Numbered from the stretch's first letter, positions 9,386 through 19,052 are shown. The stretch is 57,107 nucleotides of DNA from an uncultured Verrucomicrobiota bacterium (GCA_964558455.1 CAZLEE010000002.1:1-57107); one strand, 5' to 3'. Numbers and translations: made by a program. The notes: a model not told the origin generated them from the sequence alone.

Positions 9386-10879
9386 TCAAGGATTTCGCTT
9401 CAGGTCGTTGAGCATTTTAACAGCGGTTTCAACCATGATTTCGCCGCTGCCTGGCCGCAAGCGCGAATTCATCACTTCATAGGTTCCCTCGTCGAAGGCT
9501 TTGAGGGTGGGGACATACCCGGGACGGTCGTTGCAAATCGTGATGATGAACGTTTGTTTGAACGGGGAGGCTTTTTTGATGGCCAAGCCAAATTCGGTGA
9601 ACATTTCCGCCGGCAGACAGACGATGGCCGTCTCGCCGCCCAGCCGGATCGCTTGAATCTCAATGGGCCAGTTCGTGCCGCGTTGCGCCAGGTCAATCGT
9701 CTTGACGGCATGCACCTTGGCGTAAAAATTCATGCGGTCGTCGTTCAGTCGGTCAAAAATAACGCGTGCCGCCATCACCTGGCGGGCCGTGACGGGTTGT
9801 AGTGGCAGCAGCAGCGTCTTGCTCCGGCTGGCCAGGGCCGGTTGGGCAACGGGCTGCAGGTGCGAAATATCCGTCAGCACAGTGACCCCGATTTCGCCCC
9901 CCAATTCCTCCGCCACGTCAAATCCTTTGACCGGCCCTTTCTTGGAAATATCAATGTGATTGAGATTGCCGCAGGCCCCCGCGCCAAATGCGGAAATGTA
10001 ATTGCTCCCAAAAACCTTACGCAACGTTTGCTGAATATAGAACGGGTAGTCGGCGCTGAATTCCGTGCCGCCAATGGTGTCGGCATGCATGGCGAAAACA
10101 GTCAGGCCCCCGACCGGTTCCGCGCCGTTGGAAGGTTTTACCAGCAACATATCAACATCGGAGTCGGCCGGGCCGGCCGGGCCGGCGACGTTGGTGTTGA
10201 GCTGGCCGGGATTAAAGACGACCGAGCCGTCCTTCATGTAATAGTCGCGGTTGAACGGAAGGCCAGGCTGCCCGGTGATGCCGGCGTCCAGCCCGACTGG
10301 TTGCAAGTTGGCGTGGGCTTCGACAATGACTTTTACCAGTTGGCTGGTAAGAAAAGCCGGGTAATCCATCTTCACCTGCGCATCTTGCCCGGAACGGGCC
10401 ACGGCTTGCTGGTGGAACTGATCGGCGCGCACGTCGTCAAACAGCGGGCCGGTGTGGCTGTGGGTGGCCGCAATGACAATATTGGTGATAGGAATGCCGG
10501 TGGCGCGGCTGGCGGCGGCGCGCGCGGGGCCGGATACGTCGAGCGAAAGTCCCAGCAAATCACAAAACACCAGGGCGACCTCCCGCCCGTCTTGCCGGAG
10601 GACAATCGCCTTTGCTTTTAACGGGTCATGGATGCCCGTTGAAATACGCTCTTCAAAATAGCCCGCCATGCGGAATCCAATGGGCGGCGTGATATTAATC
10701 TCCGCCAGACCGGCCTGCCACGGACCGGCACCGGCTTGGGAGGAATTAGAATTAAGATTAGGTTTAGGATTAGGATTGGGACGAGGATGGATGGCGCACC
10801 CCGAAAAACCGAGGGCGATGATTATCGGCCAAACGGCCATGGCAATCCGGCCTTTGAAAACAGCTCTCATGATTTTCAT
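9386..10879 (-). CDS. Neutral/alkaline non-lysosomal ceramidase-like lipoprotein
   Basis: AGLAEINITPP, GIHDPLKAKAIVL, ATHSHTGP, MHADT, SADYP, GACGNLN and LPAEMFTEFG. Lipobox-like FSGC followed by a Pro/Asn linker. Start chosen at MKIM (10879). Confidence 0.8.
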   Translation of the reverse strand: MKIMRAVFKGRIAMAVWPIIIALGFSGCAIHPRPNPNPKPNLNSNSSQAGAGPWQAGLAEINITPPIGFRMAGYFEERISTGIHDPLKAKAIVLRQDGREVALVFCDLLGLSLDVSGPARAAASRATGIPITNIVIAATHSHTGPLFDDVRADQFHQQAVARSGQDAQVKMDYPAFLTSQLVKVIVEAHANLQPVGLDAGITGQPGLPFNRDYYMKDGSVVFNPGQLNTNVAGPAGPADSDVDMLLVKPSNGAEPVGGLTVFAMHADTIGGTEFSADYPFYIQQTLRKVFGSNYISAFGAGACGNLNHIDISKKGPVKGFDVAEELGGEIGVTVLTDISHLQPVAQPALASRSKTLLLPLQPVTARQVMAARVIFDRLNDDRMNFYAKVHAVKTIDLAQRGTNWPIEIQAIRLGGETAIVCLPAEMFTEFGLAIKKASPFKQTFIITICNDRPGYVPTLKAFDEGTYEVMNSRLRPGSGEIMVETAVKMLNDLKRNP

Positions 10880-10961
10880 TTGACGGTATGTTGCTTTCGT
10901 CTGTGGCGGAGTCAAAGACAATTTCCATTTTAAGAAGATTTGCCCCGGAGAACAATCTGCC

Positions 10962-11011
10962 GGGATTGGACACAAAATCCCAATTTGGGACACTTATTGG
11001 GGGTTGTCCCA
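10962..11011. promoter_or_regulatory. Inverted repeats, candidate enhancer-binding-protein sites
   Basis: GGGATT-N8-AATCCC (10962-10981), TCCCAATTTGGGA (10978-10990) and TGGGACA-N12-TGTCCCA (10986-11011) cluster just upstream of a sigma-54-like motif. Confidence 0.35.
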
Positions 11012-11046
11012 TGGTTCGCCCTCTTTGCGGAAGCTTGAATCCGGGA

Positions 11047-11062
11047 TGGCATACTTGCTGCT
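11047..11062 (+). promoter_or_regulatory. Sigma-54 (-24/-12) promoter candidate
   Basis: TGGCAT-ACTTG-CTGCT has the correct GG-N10-GC spacing and ends about 13 nt before ATG 11075. Confidence 0.55.
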
Positions 11063-11074
11063 AAAACCCATGTC

Positions 11075-11275
11075 ATGATGTTACAAACGATTTTTATTGG
11101 GCTATGGATCGTTATTTTCGCGCTGTTATGCATTGGCGTCAGACGGGCTTTGCGCCAGCGGGCGCATGAGTGTCGCCAGGCCCAACGGCAGACTATGCGC
11201 CGTTTCACCGGCGAGCATTTTGGTCGTCGCCGCAACCGCCGGCGTGGCGTGGCTTACCAGACCGTTGCCGGTTAA
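11075..11275 (+). CDS. Small single-TM membrane protein with an Arg-rich tail
   Basis: Hydrophobic N-terminus (IFIGLWIVIFALLCIGV) followed by a basic tail. Flanked by a sigma-54-like motif and a perfect terminator hairpin. Confidence 0.55.
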   Translation: MMLQTIFIGLWIVIFALLCIGVRRALRQRAHECRQAQRQTMRRFTGEHFGRRRNRRRGVAYQTVAG

Positions 11276-11292
11276 TGTTTTTTCCCAGCCGT

Positions 11293-11320
11293 GGCGCCGG
11301 ATTAAAATCCGGCGCCGTTT
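11293..11320. terminator. Intrinsic terminator between convergent genes
   Basis: Perfect 11-bp stem GGCGCCGGATT-AA-AATCCGGCGCC followed by GTTT. Confidence 0.7.
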
Positions 11321-11345
11321 CCGTGTACAGCTTTTTGTTGGTTTG

Positions 11346-13799
11346 TCACTCGAATGAAATTTCGACCGGATAGTCGCGAACGATGATTCCATTGATGATG
11401 ACGCGCCCGGCGGCATACGACCAAACCGCCGCTTGCGATACGCCCCAATAAACATCGGTCAACTTAACCTTCCTTGGCTTGGACGCCGCCACAAAGCTGA
11501 ACCGGCCCGGATACGACAAGACTTTATCCGTCGCCGTCTGCGCGGACCAGAGAAACACCGCTTTCTCCCTGCTCTTGTCGCGCTGGTAAGCAATCACTTT
11601 CAAGTCCGGCGCGGAGCCTTCGTAAGAATAATCCGGCGCTGAAATCGAAACGGCGTCGCTGGCCACCGAGCAGACATTTTGCAAGGCAAACGAGGGCGGT
11701 CGAAAACCGAAGTTGTCCGGATCAATAATGCCCCAGTCCTGGCTTTTGTTTTCCGTATGCAAAGCCCACCACGCCACAGGGTGGCCAAGCCAGCCGTTGT
11801 AAATATAAAAACGCGTCAGAGCTTTGGCCAACCCATACTCGCCAATGCCCGGATCGTAGGCGTAATCAAGACCGGAAACATTGAGTCCCCATTCGTCCAG
11901 CCATACTTGAACATTGGTATTGCCGTGTTGCGCAAATGGCTTTTTCACTCCGGCAACAATGTCCTCAACACAGTTCCACCCGGTCTGCGCGCGGCTTTGG
12001 CTGAGGTCTTTTCCCCGGCAGGATTCCATTGTGCCCATGCCGCCTTCCGGTTTGTCGATGCCGTAAGGATGAAACGCGCAGGCATCGACGTACGGCGCCG
12101 CGCCTTCGCGCAAGGCGATTTCGGTGGTCAGAGGGGCCGGGGCGGCGGTGCCGCCGAACATGACCTTCATATTCGGGTTGATTGACTTGATCTGTTTTGC
12201 AACCGCGTAAAGCAGTTTGCCGTACAATTCCGGTTCGTGTCCCGGAAACCATCCGTTCTCCTCGTTCCAAAGCTCCCACCATTGGACGCGTTTTTGATAT
12301 TTGCGGACCACAAAATCAACGTAGCGCACAAAGGCCTCCCGTTCCGCTTCAGTCCGCGGCCCCCGGTTGAGGTAAAACGGATGTCCTTCCTGAAAAATCG
12401 GCCCAACGTCCGACCATGGCTTGCCGGACGGATAATACAAGGCATTGCCATAATTCAACCCCCAAAGAATCCCCACCCCGTTGTCAAACAATTTATTAAC
12501 CGCCTTGTCCGTGACGGGATCGACGCTGAATTTCCCCTTTTCGCGCTCCACCGCCGCCCATTCCGTCTGGTCGCCCCATTGTCCGACGCGCACCCATTTC
12601 ACTCCGATGTCCATGATCTTGGGGAAAGCCCGGCGGATGGTTGCGGCCGTGTCCTGCCAGCCGGTGAAAACCTCGTTCGCCTTGATCGTGGCGCCGCGCG
12701 TTTGCAGCGCCAGATTCTCCCCGTGTTCGTCCAGAAGTTCGATGCCGGACAACCGGGCCTTGTATCCTTGCGAAACCTCGGCGTAGTTGCCGCCGGACAA
12801 CGGCAGCCGCTCAAAATCAATTTGCACGTGGCGCGCCATCCGCGCTTCCGGCAGCGGAAAGGTTTGCGCAATCTTGTCGCCGCGTCTCGGGCCGCTTCCA
12901 TCGAAAAGATGATGATTGACCGAAAGCGCGGCGGTCCATTTCTTGCCGTCCCCGCTCACGCGCACCGTAAAGCCCGCTGGAAAATCGGTGTCATGCCAGT
13001 AGGGAACCAGATTCACCTGCGTGAGACTCGCCATGTGTCCGAGATCAATTTCTACCCGCGGCGGATTTCCAGGGTAAGGGGACGGACGTTGCTGGCTGGA
13101 CCAGCATGTGTCGGGGTCGCCGTCGATGAGGTGAACCGGATTGAACGGGTCTTCGTAATCTCTGGCTCGCGGCAGATGCGCGCAGATGCCGTAGGGATTG
13201 TGTTTTATCTCGGAAGATTTTTTATGCCGGATGGCGGCGACCGGCGCGGCATTCATTTCCTGCAAGGTTGACGGCTTGTCCAACAACCTCCAATAACCGC
13301 CCGGACCGGTGCAAAGTTCCTGCCGCGAATAGGCAATATTCTTGTCAATAATCAGTTCTTGGTACGATTTGGATTCCCCTTTTTCTCCTTCCATCCCCTG
13401 CCCGGCTGAAACTTCGATCTGCACCGCGCCAGGTTGTGCGGCGGTCAGGTTCCAGTCCACACGCTCATACGAACCGGCCGGCAGTTGCGCGATTTTCCGC
13501 GCCGGATCATCCAGCCGGATCGCGCCGGAAGAAGCTGTCAATGTGACCGCGATGTCCGGGGCCGTTTCTCCGCCGGTATTTTCGACAAAGGCGCTGAACC
13601 GGATCGCGTCACCGGTGCGCGCCACCGGTTTTTCCGACCAGAGACCCGCCACGGCCAGATGGGCTTTGGCACGGATTCGGTTCGGCGCGTCACCAGGGGC
13701 GGCGGAATTCGTTCGTGATTCGTTTGCCCCAATAATCACCGCCGGAAGCAGAACAAGGATGGCGGCGAAAACAGACCGCGTTCGCAATTCTGAATTCAT
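11346..13799 (-). CDS. Secreted clan GH-A glycoside hydrolase (GH39/GH5-like) with Ig-like and F5/8-type C (discoidin) domains
   Basis: Signal-like VFAAILVLLPAVIIGA, an Ig/CARDB-like segment (FSAFVENTGG...YERVDWNL), discoidin (LIDGDPDTCWSS...VEIDLG), WELWNEENG (acid/base) and VWLDEWG (nucleophile). Confidence 0.8.
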   Translation of the reverse strand: MNSELRTRSVFAAILVLLPAVIIGANESRTNSAAPGDAPNRIRAKAHLAVAGLWSEKPVARTGDAIRFSAFVENTGGETAPDIAVTLTASSGAIRLDDPARKIAQLPAGSYERVDWNLTAAQPGAVQIEVSAGQGMEGEKGESKSYQELIIDKNIAYSRQELCTGPGGYWRLLDKPSTLQEMNAAPVAAIRHKKSSEIKHNPYGICAHLPRARDYEDPFNPVHLIDGDPDTCWSSQQRPSPYPGNPPRVEIDLGHMASLTQVNLVPYWHDTDFPAGFTVRVSGDGKKWTAALSVNHHLFDGSGPRRGDKIAQTFPLPEARMARHVQIDFERLPLSGGNYAEVSQGYKARLSGIELLDEHGENLALQTRGATIKANEVFTGWQDTAATIRRAFPKIMDIGVKWVRVGQWGDQTEWAAVEREKGKFSVDPVTDKAVNKLFDNGVGILWGLNYGNALYYPSGKPWSDVGPIFQEGHPFYLNRGPRTEAEREAFVRYVDFVVRKYQKRVQWWELWNEENGWFPGHEPELYGKLLYAVAKQIKSINPNMKVMFGGTAAPAPLTTEIALREGAAPYVDACAFHPYGIDKPEGGMGTMESCRGKDLSQSRAQTGWNCVEDIVAGVKKPFAQHGNTNVQVWLDEWGLNVSGLDYAYDPGIGEYGLAKALTRFYIYNGWLGHPVAWWALHTENKSQDWGIIDPDNFGFRPPSFALQNVCSVASDAVSISAPDYSYEGSAPDLKVIAYQRDKSREKAVFLWSAQTATDKVLSYPGRFSFVAASKPRKVKLTDVYWGVSQAAVWSYAAGRVIINGIIVRDYPVEISFE

Positions 13800-14140
13800 G
13801 TTCAAACAAAAACGGGTTAAAATCGCGTTCATCGGCGGCAAAGCCGTGCGCTTGGATGGCGAAGCATGTCCATTTCAATCTGCTCCTTCAAGATAATTCA
13901 AAAATCGCCATCGCCGCCTTCCTTTATGCCAACCCCGTCAATTTCCGGGTAAATAACTGAATATTTTATCAATCGCATCGTCGGAATACTTTAATAGGAT
14001 GACCTTTTTTCTGGCGGCACGAACGTACTTCAGATCGCTTCGCGGCCCGGCGGGGCGCAACCTCAAATTTTGGATCGCCCGCCTTGCGGACGACACACGG
14101 AAGCTTGCCGCGCAAAAGAACTTGGGTGTATGAATTTATT

Positions 14141-15457
14141 ATGAAAAGCACTGCAAACAACTTGATCGGCCGCCGGGGGTTTTTACGCAAGACAGGCGCC
14201 GCTTTGGGCGCGGCCGTTGCCATGCCAAACTTTTTCCCCGCTTCGGTTCTGGGCCGGAACGGGGCCATCCCTCCCAGCGAACGCATCACGATGGGATTCA
14301 TCGGCGTCGGCGGTCAGGGCGGCGGACATTTGTTCGGCGGCGCATGGACTTATGTGGCGGGCGGCTATGCCGGACGCAAAGAGGTCCAGGTCCTGGCGGT
14401 CAGCGATACCTGGCGAAACCGGCGCGAAGGTGCCACCGAGCGCGTCAACAAACATTATCGCGAGGTTTACGGCGATCAGTTCACGCCTTGTCAAGCTTAC
14501 GAAGATTTCCGGCAGGTTCTGGAGCGCAAGGACATTGACGCGGTGTTGATCGCCACCCCGCCCCACTGGCACGCCACCATGTCGGCCATGGCCGCGCAGA
14601 CGGGCAAGGATATTTATTGCGAGAAGCCCTCGGCGGTCAGCATTGCCGAAGCCCTGGCCATGCGGTCGGTGGTGCAACGTTACGGACGGGTTTTTCAGGC
14701 AGGCACGCAGCAACGGAGTGAATACGGCGGCAAGTTTCGCCAGGCGTGCGAGCTGGTGCGCAGCGGACGCATCGGCAAATTGCGGGAGATTTACGCCTAT
14801 CGTTCGGGCGGAGCCATTTGCTGGCCCAAACGATTTGGCGCGGGCCAACCTGTGCCGGACGGGTTGGATTGGGACCTCTGGCTGGGACCCATGCCGTGGT
14901 TTCCTTATGACGGCCATCCCGATGCGCACCGGGATGAATTGGGTGAATTGAACTGGGCCCAGCATCACTATGACATCGTTCAGTGGGCGGCAAACGCGGA
15001 CGAAACCGGCCCGGTGGAGTTGTTTATGGAGGGGGAGAGTTCCTGTTATAAATATGCCAGCGGCGTGGTGGTCTATGGCAAGCCGTATCCCGGCGAACCG
15101 GTGGGCGGTGATGGCGGGGCGTGCTTTGTCGGAACGGACGGTCGCATCGCGGTGGATCGCGACAGCCTGGTTTCCTATCCGGCGGATATTGCGCGCGAGC
15201 CGCTTCATGCGGACGATGTGCATCTCTACCATAGCAACAGCCATTCCGGGAACTTTTTGGAATGCATCCGCACCCGGCAGCGCACGATATGTCCCGTGGA
15301 AGTGGCCGCCCGGTCGGCCAGCGCGGTGCTGTTGGGCGGAGTGGTCATGCAATTGAAACGACCGTTGAAGTGGGACCCGGTGGCCGAGCGATTCATCGGA
15401 GACGATGAGGCCAATCGCCTCTGCTCCATCGCCAAACGTTCGCCCTGGAACATCTAG
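14141..15457 (+). CDS. Tat-exported Gfo/Idh/MocA family oxidoreductase
   Basis: GRRGFLRK twin-Arg signal, MGFIGVGGQG, DAVLIATPPHWH, DIYCEKP and LDWDLWLGP. Confidence 0.93.
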   Translation: MKSTANNLIGRRGFLRKTGAALGAAVAMPNFFPASVLGRNGAIPPSERITMGFIGVGGQGGGHLFGGAWTYVAGGYAGRKEVQVLAVSDTWRNRREGATERVNKHYREVYGDQFTPCQAYEDFRQVLERKDIDAVLIATPPHWHATMSAMAAQTGKDIYCEKPSAVSIAEALAMRSVVQRYGRVFQAGTQQRSEYGGKFRQACELVRSGRIGKLREIYAYRSGGAICWPKRFGAGQPVPDGLDWDLWLGPMPWFPYDGHPDAHRDELGELNWAQHHYDIVQWAANADETGPVELFMEGESSCYKYASGVVVYGKPYPGEPVGGDGGACFVGTDGRIAVDRDSLVSYPADIAREPLHADDVHLYHSNSHSGNFLECIRTRQRTICPVEVAARSASAVLLGGVVMQLKRPLKWDPVAERFIGDDEANRLCSIAKRSPWNI

Positions 15458-15470
15458 CCGCTTTTTAAGT

Positions 15471-17894
15471 ATGAAACGATTCCTGTCCCTCACTGTCTCC
15501 CTGTCATTTCTGCTTCTGGCCTCGCAATTTGTGGCGCGGGGCGGAAACGCGAACGAAGAAACGCAATTGATCGGCGTATTGCAATCCAACCATTCATTAC
15601 AAGAGAAGGACGAGACGTGCGCGCGGCTGAAATGGATTGGCACAACGCGCTCCGTGCCCGTTCTGGCGAAATTATTGACAGACGCGCAACTGTCCCATTC
15701 GGCGCGCTACGCTCTGGAATCCATGGCGGGGCCGGAAGCGGGCGGCGCCTTGCGGCAGGCATTGCCTCAAACGTCAGGCTCCAATGAAGTGGGCATCATT
15801 GATTCACTTGGGGCGCGCGGCGAGACGGCGGCGGCGCCTGATCTGGCCAAATTGCTGTCCGACCCGGACTCCGCAGTGGCGGTGGCGGCGGCGGAAGCCT
15901 TGGGACATATGGGCAGCACAGCGGCGCGGCAAGAGTTAAAGAAGGCGTGGGATGAATCCAGCGCGGGCGCGGTGCATGACGCGCAAAGCGACGCGTTGCT
16001 GGCTTGCGCCAATCGGCTCTTGACCGGCGGCAACAAGGGGCAGGCCGCGAAAATCTTTCAAGCCATCCATGACCGCGAAACAAATGGAGCCACCCAGTTG
16101 GCCGCGTTTCGCGGTCTCATACTTTCCTCGGAGAAACACGGGGTCAAACTGATGTTGGACGCCATCGCCGGATCCGACATGCCCGGCCAGGGCGCGGCTT
16201 TGCAACTGGCCGCGAGGATGAAGGGCGGTTCGGCCACGACCAAGGCTTTGGCCGGTTTGCTGCCAAAGGCGCCTTTGCCCGTGCAAATTGCTTTGCTGCA
16301 ATGTTTGCAACAGCGGGGGGATTCCTCCGCCGAGGTGTTCGTCGCGGGTATGATGGACAATTCGAACCTCGACGTGCGCCTGGCCGCGATCACCGCTTTG
16401 GGAGATTTGGGCGACGGCTCGGTCTCGGTATTGCTGGCCGGGAAAGCCGCCTCGACATCCGGCGCGGAAAAAACCGCCGCCCGTGCGGCGTTGCTGCGCC
16501 TGCGCGGAAACGTCACGCAGGTTCTGTTGCAAGCTTTCACCACTGCCACGCCGGAAGTGAAGCCGGAGTTGATCCAGGCGCTGGGCGACCGTGGCGACAC
16601 GTCCGCCGTGCCGCGTCTGCTTGAATTGGCGCACGGTCAGAACCAGGCCATGCGCTCCAGTTCGTTGCAGGCCCTGGCTCTGCTGGCCACCCCGGCCCAA
16701 CTGCCCGATCTTGTGCAACTGGTCGTCCAAGCCCCCAACGACGACGCCCGTTCCAGCGCAGCCGACGCGCTCAGCGCCGCCTGCGAACGCATCCGGGCCC
16801 GCAACGGCCACTATGAGGCGGAGGCGTTGCTCCAAGCCGTGCGAAGCGGGCCGCTGGAGGCGCGGCTGGTTTTGTTGCCGGCGTGTTCGGATATGACCGG
16901 GACATCCGTGCGTGAAGTCTTGCGCGCGGCGTTGGAAGATCCCGAAGCCCGGGTGCGCGAAGCCGCCATGCATGCCCTGTGCGATACGCGCGATGCCGGA
17001 CTTTTGCCGGACTTGCTCAAAGCGGCCACCACCGGCGACGAAAAAACGCGGCTGCTGGCCATTCGCGGCTGCGTCCGGCTGCTCACGCAGGAGGAAAGCG
17101 TGAAAATGTCCAACAACCAAAAGCTTGCCGCCCTCAAAACAATGATGACCCCGCCGTTGGACATTTCGGAAAAACGCCTGATTCTTTCCGGCCTGAGCGC
17201 CATCGCGGACGGCCATGCCATGACCCTGGCCTCGACCCTGCTTGACGACCCCGCCGTGAAAGAGGAAGCGGCGCAGGCGGTCATTCAAATCGCCGATTCC
17301 CTCGTGTCCACCCATCCTGAGGAGGGAGCCGAGGCGATACGAAAAGTTTTGACTGTCGTCACCGATCCGGCCACCGAGGCTTCGGCGCGGGCGGCGCAGA
17401 AAAAAATCTGGAAAGTATCCGGCTATGTGACCTTATGGCGTGTGGCCGGCCCGTATCAACAACAAGGCAAGGATTATTCGGCCTTGTTCGATATTCCGTT
17501 TGCCCCTGAATCCGGGGATTCGGCCCCGGTTCGCTGGCAAAACGTGCCTGCCGGCAACGTAATAGACCTGTTGAACGCGCTGGGAGGCGAGCAGCGGGTG
17601 GCTTACGCCCTCACTTGGATTCATTCGTCGGCGAAACAAAACGTCCGATTGGAAATGGGCAGCGATGACGGCATCAAAGTCTGGCTAAACAACAGCGTCG
17701 TCTTTGCCAAAAACATCGGACGCCCCCTGGAAGCGGACTCGGACGAGGCCGATGTCACCCTGAACCAGGGCTGGAACCGGCTCATGCTCAAAGTGACGCA
17801 GAACACGGGTGGATGGGGATATTGCATCCGGTTCACCGCCCCTGGCGGCGAACCGGCAACGGGCCTGCGCGCTTCGCTCGACCCGAAGCCCTGA
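15471..17894 (+). CDS. Secreted HEAT-repeat protein with a C-terminal beta-sandwich (GSDDG-KVWLN) domain
   Basis: Signal peptide, many HEAT motifs (VRLAAITALGDLG, LIQALGDRGD, VREAAMHALCD) and C-terminal WRVAGPY...MGSDDGIKVWLN...GWNRLMLKV. Starts 13 nt after the oxidoreductase. Confidence 0.85.
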   Translation: MKRFLSLTVSLSFLLLASQFVARGGNANEETQLIGVLQSNHSLQEKDETCARLKWIGTTRSVPVLAKLLTDAQLSHSARYALESMAGPEAGGALRQALPQTSGSNEVGIIDSLGARGETAAAPDLAKLLSDPDSAVAVAAAEALGHMGSTAARQELKKAWDESSAGAVHDAQSDALLACANRLLTGGNKGQAAKIFQAIHDRETNGATQLAAFRGLILSSEKHGVKLMLDAIAGSDMPGQGAALQLAARMKGGSATTKALAGLLPKAPLPVQIALLQCLQQRGDSSAEVFVAGMMDNSNLDVRLAAITALGDLGDGSVSVLLAGKAASTSGAEKTAARAALLRLRGNVTQVLLQAFTTATPEVKPELIQALGDRGDTSAVPRLLELAHGQNQAMRSSSLQALALLATPAQLPDLVQLVVQAPNDDARSSAADALSAACERIRARNGHYEAEALLQAVRSGPLEARLVLLPACSDMTGTSVREVLRAALEDPEARVREAAMHALCDTRDAGLLPDLLKAATTGDEKTRLLAIRGCVRLLTQEESVKMSNNQKLAALKTMMTPPLDISEKRLILSGLSAIADGHAMTLASTLLDDPAVKEEAAQAVIQIADSLVSTHPEEGAEAIRKVLTVVTDPATEASARAAQKKIWKVSGYVTLWRVAGPYQQQGKDYSALFDIPFAPESGDSAPVRWQNVPAGNVIDLLNALGGEQRVAYALTWIHSSAKQNVRLEMGSDDGIKVWLNNSVVFAKNIGRPLEADSDEADVTLNQGWNRLMLKVTQNTGGWGYCIRFTAPGGEPATGLRASLDPKP

Positions 17895-17975
17895 CCTGTA
17901 ATTCTATTGACAGTCCATTACGGAACGGCGGCCACGCGGTGGTGGCGATGGCAGGCAGTAATACGCAGACTGGAA

Positions 17976-19013
17976 TCAGGGATTGGCGGCCAGGAGTGCG
18001 TTCACCGATGAAATCACCGCGAAGGCGTCGGCGACGTATAGAACGTCGGCTTTGCCGCGCGCCCAGCCGCAATTCGGATCAAGACTGATGGCCCGACGTT
18101 CGCCAATGAAACGCCATCCCACCGTGTGTGGTTCTTCGCCGTGACAACAAGTGCTTAAACCTTTTGCGTGCCGGGGAGTCGCCCCGGTCTGGCCGATCTG
18201 GTTCAGATGGGATAGGAACGGCAACACCGCCTGCCCTTCGCCCCCCAAATCCACCAGCGATTTGCTGCTGCCCAGCGAGGCGCGCGTAACATTAAGAAAA
18301 TCCAGAATTAACTTCTCCGCTTCGGGAACGTGCGTCTGACCATCGGCTTGTTTTTTCGTCCAGCCCGCGCCGGTCACGAAAAGCAAGGGCGAGTCGGGAC
18401 GGATCGTTTGCGCGCTGGCTTTCGGCTCGCGAATGCCAACCACGGTCGTGCGCCGGCTGACATCGGCCAGGTTCACCGGAACCAATTCAACCGCCGCCTT
18501 GCCTGCGCCGCAATCACACGCCGGCTGGCTGCCGGGGTCAACCAGCATGAACCATGGACGCTGGGTTCTGCCCAGGACAGCCTCCATGCGCTGGCGATAA
18601 TACCAGCGGTTGACGGTGGGCTTTCCGCCAATCTGGGCAATGCCGGTCACATGGGAATCCACGCGCCCGCCCAGCCGTTGCGCCACGCCGGACAAGACGC
18701 GGTTCCAACGTGAAGTCGCCGGAGCGATAACGAGTGTGGCCTGCGCGGCCTTGCACAAAGCCGTCGCCGCCGCCGCATCAGTGGCGTAGCGCGACTGGCC
18801 AAATTCCGCGCCGGTCGCGCCAAAATATTTTATGGCGGGGCAAGCGGCGATGGAATCCGCCGCCGCCTGCACATTTTCGCCAACCAGCGCAACGAACAAA
18901 TTCGAACCGGGGATGGCTGTGTGCAAAGCGCTGGCGGCAAACAAGGATTCGCGGGCTGATTTGGCCAGCAAACCGTCCGTTTCGACGTGAGCGAGAAGAA
19001 GAATTGTTTCCAT
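17976..19013 (-). CDS. etfA: Electron transfer flavoprotein alpha subunit (FixB-like), divergent
   Basis: Adenine-nucleotide alpha-hydrolase-like N-domain. C-domain has FVTGAGW, LGSSKSLVD, QIGQTG and KADVLYVAD. Confidence 0.85.
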   Translation of the reverse strand: METILLLAHVETDGLLAKSARESLFAASALHTAIPGSNLFVALVGENVQAAADSIAACPAIKYFGATGAEFGQSRYATDAAAATALCKAAQATLVIAPATSRWNRVLSGVAQRLGGRVDSHVTGIAQIGGKPTVNRWYYRQRMEAVLGRTQRPWFMLVDPGSQPACDCGAGKAAVELVPVNLADVSRRTTVVGIREPKASAQTIRPDSPLLFVTGAGWTKKQADGQTHVPEAEKLILDFLNVTRASLGSSKSLVDLGGEGQAVLPFLSHLNQIGQTGATPRHAKGLSTCCHGEEPHTVGWRFIGERRAISLDPNCGWARGKADVLYVADAFAVISSVNALLAANP

Positions 19014-19052
19014 GTTGGTGATTTTCGCGGGTTTAAGGGGTTGCTTGATTTC

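Noticed and set aside
10740-10785. Hexamer-like repeat (TTAGGA/TTAGAA), superficially telomere-like
   Set aside because: It simply encodes the PNPNPKPNLNSNS linker of the lipoprotein on the minus strand.
11097-11455. Alternative small ORFs 11097-11357(+) and 11126-11455(-)
   Set aside because: They run through the terminator hairpin or overlap the glycosidase end. The 11075-11275 ORF fits the promoter and terminator better.
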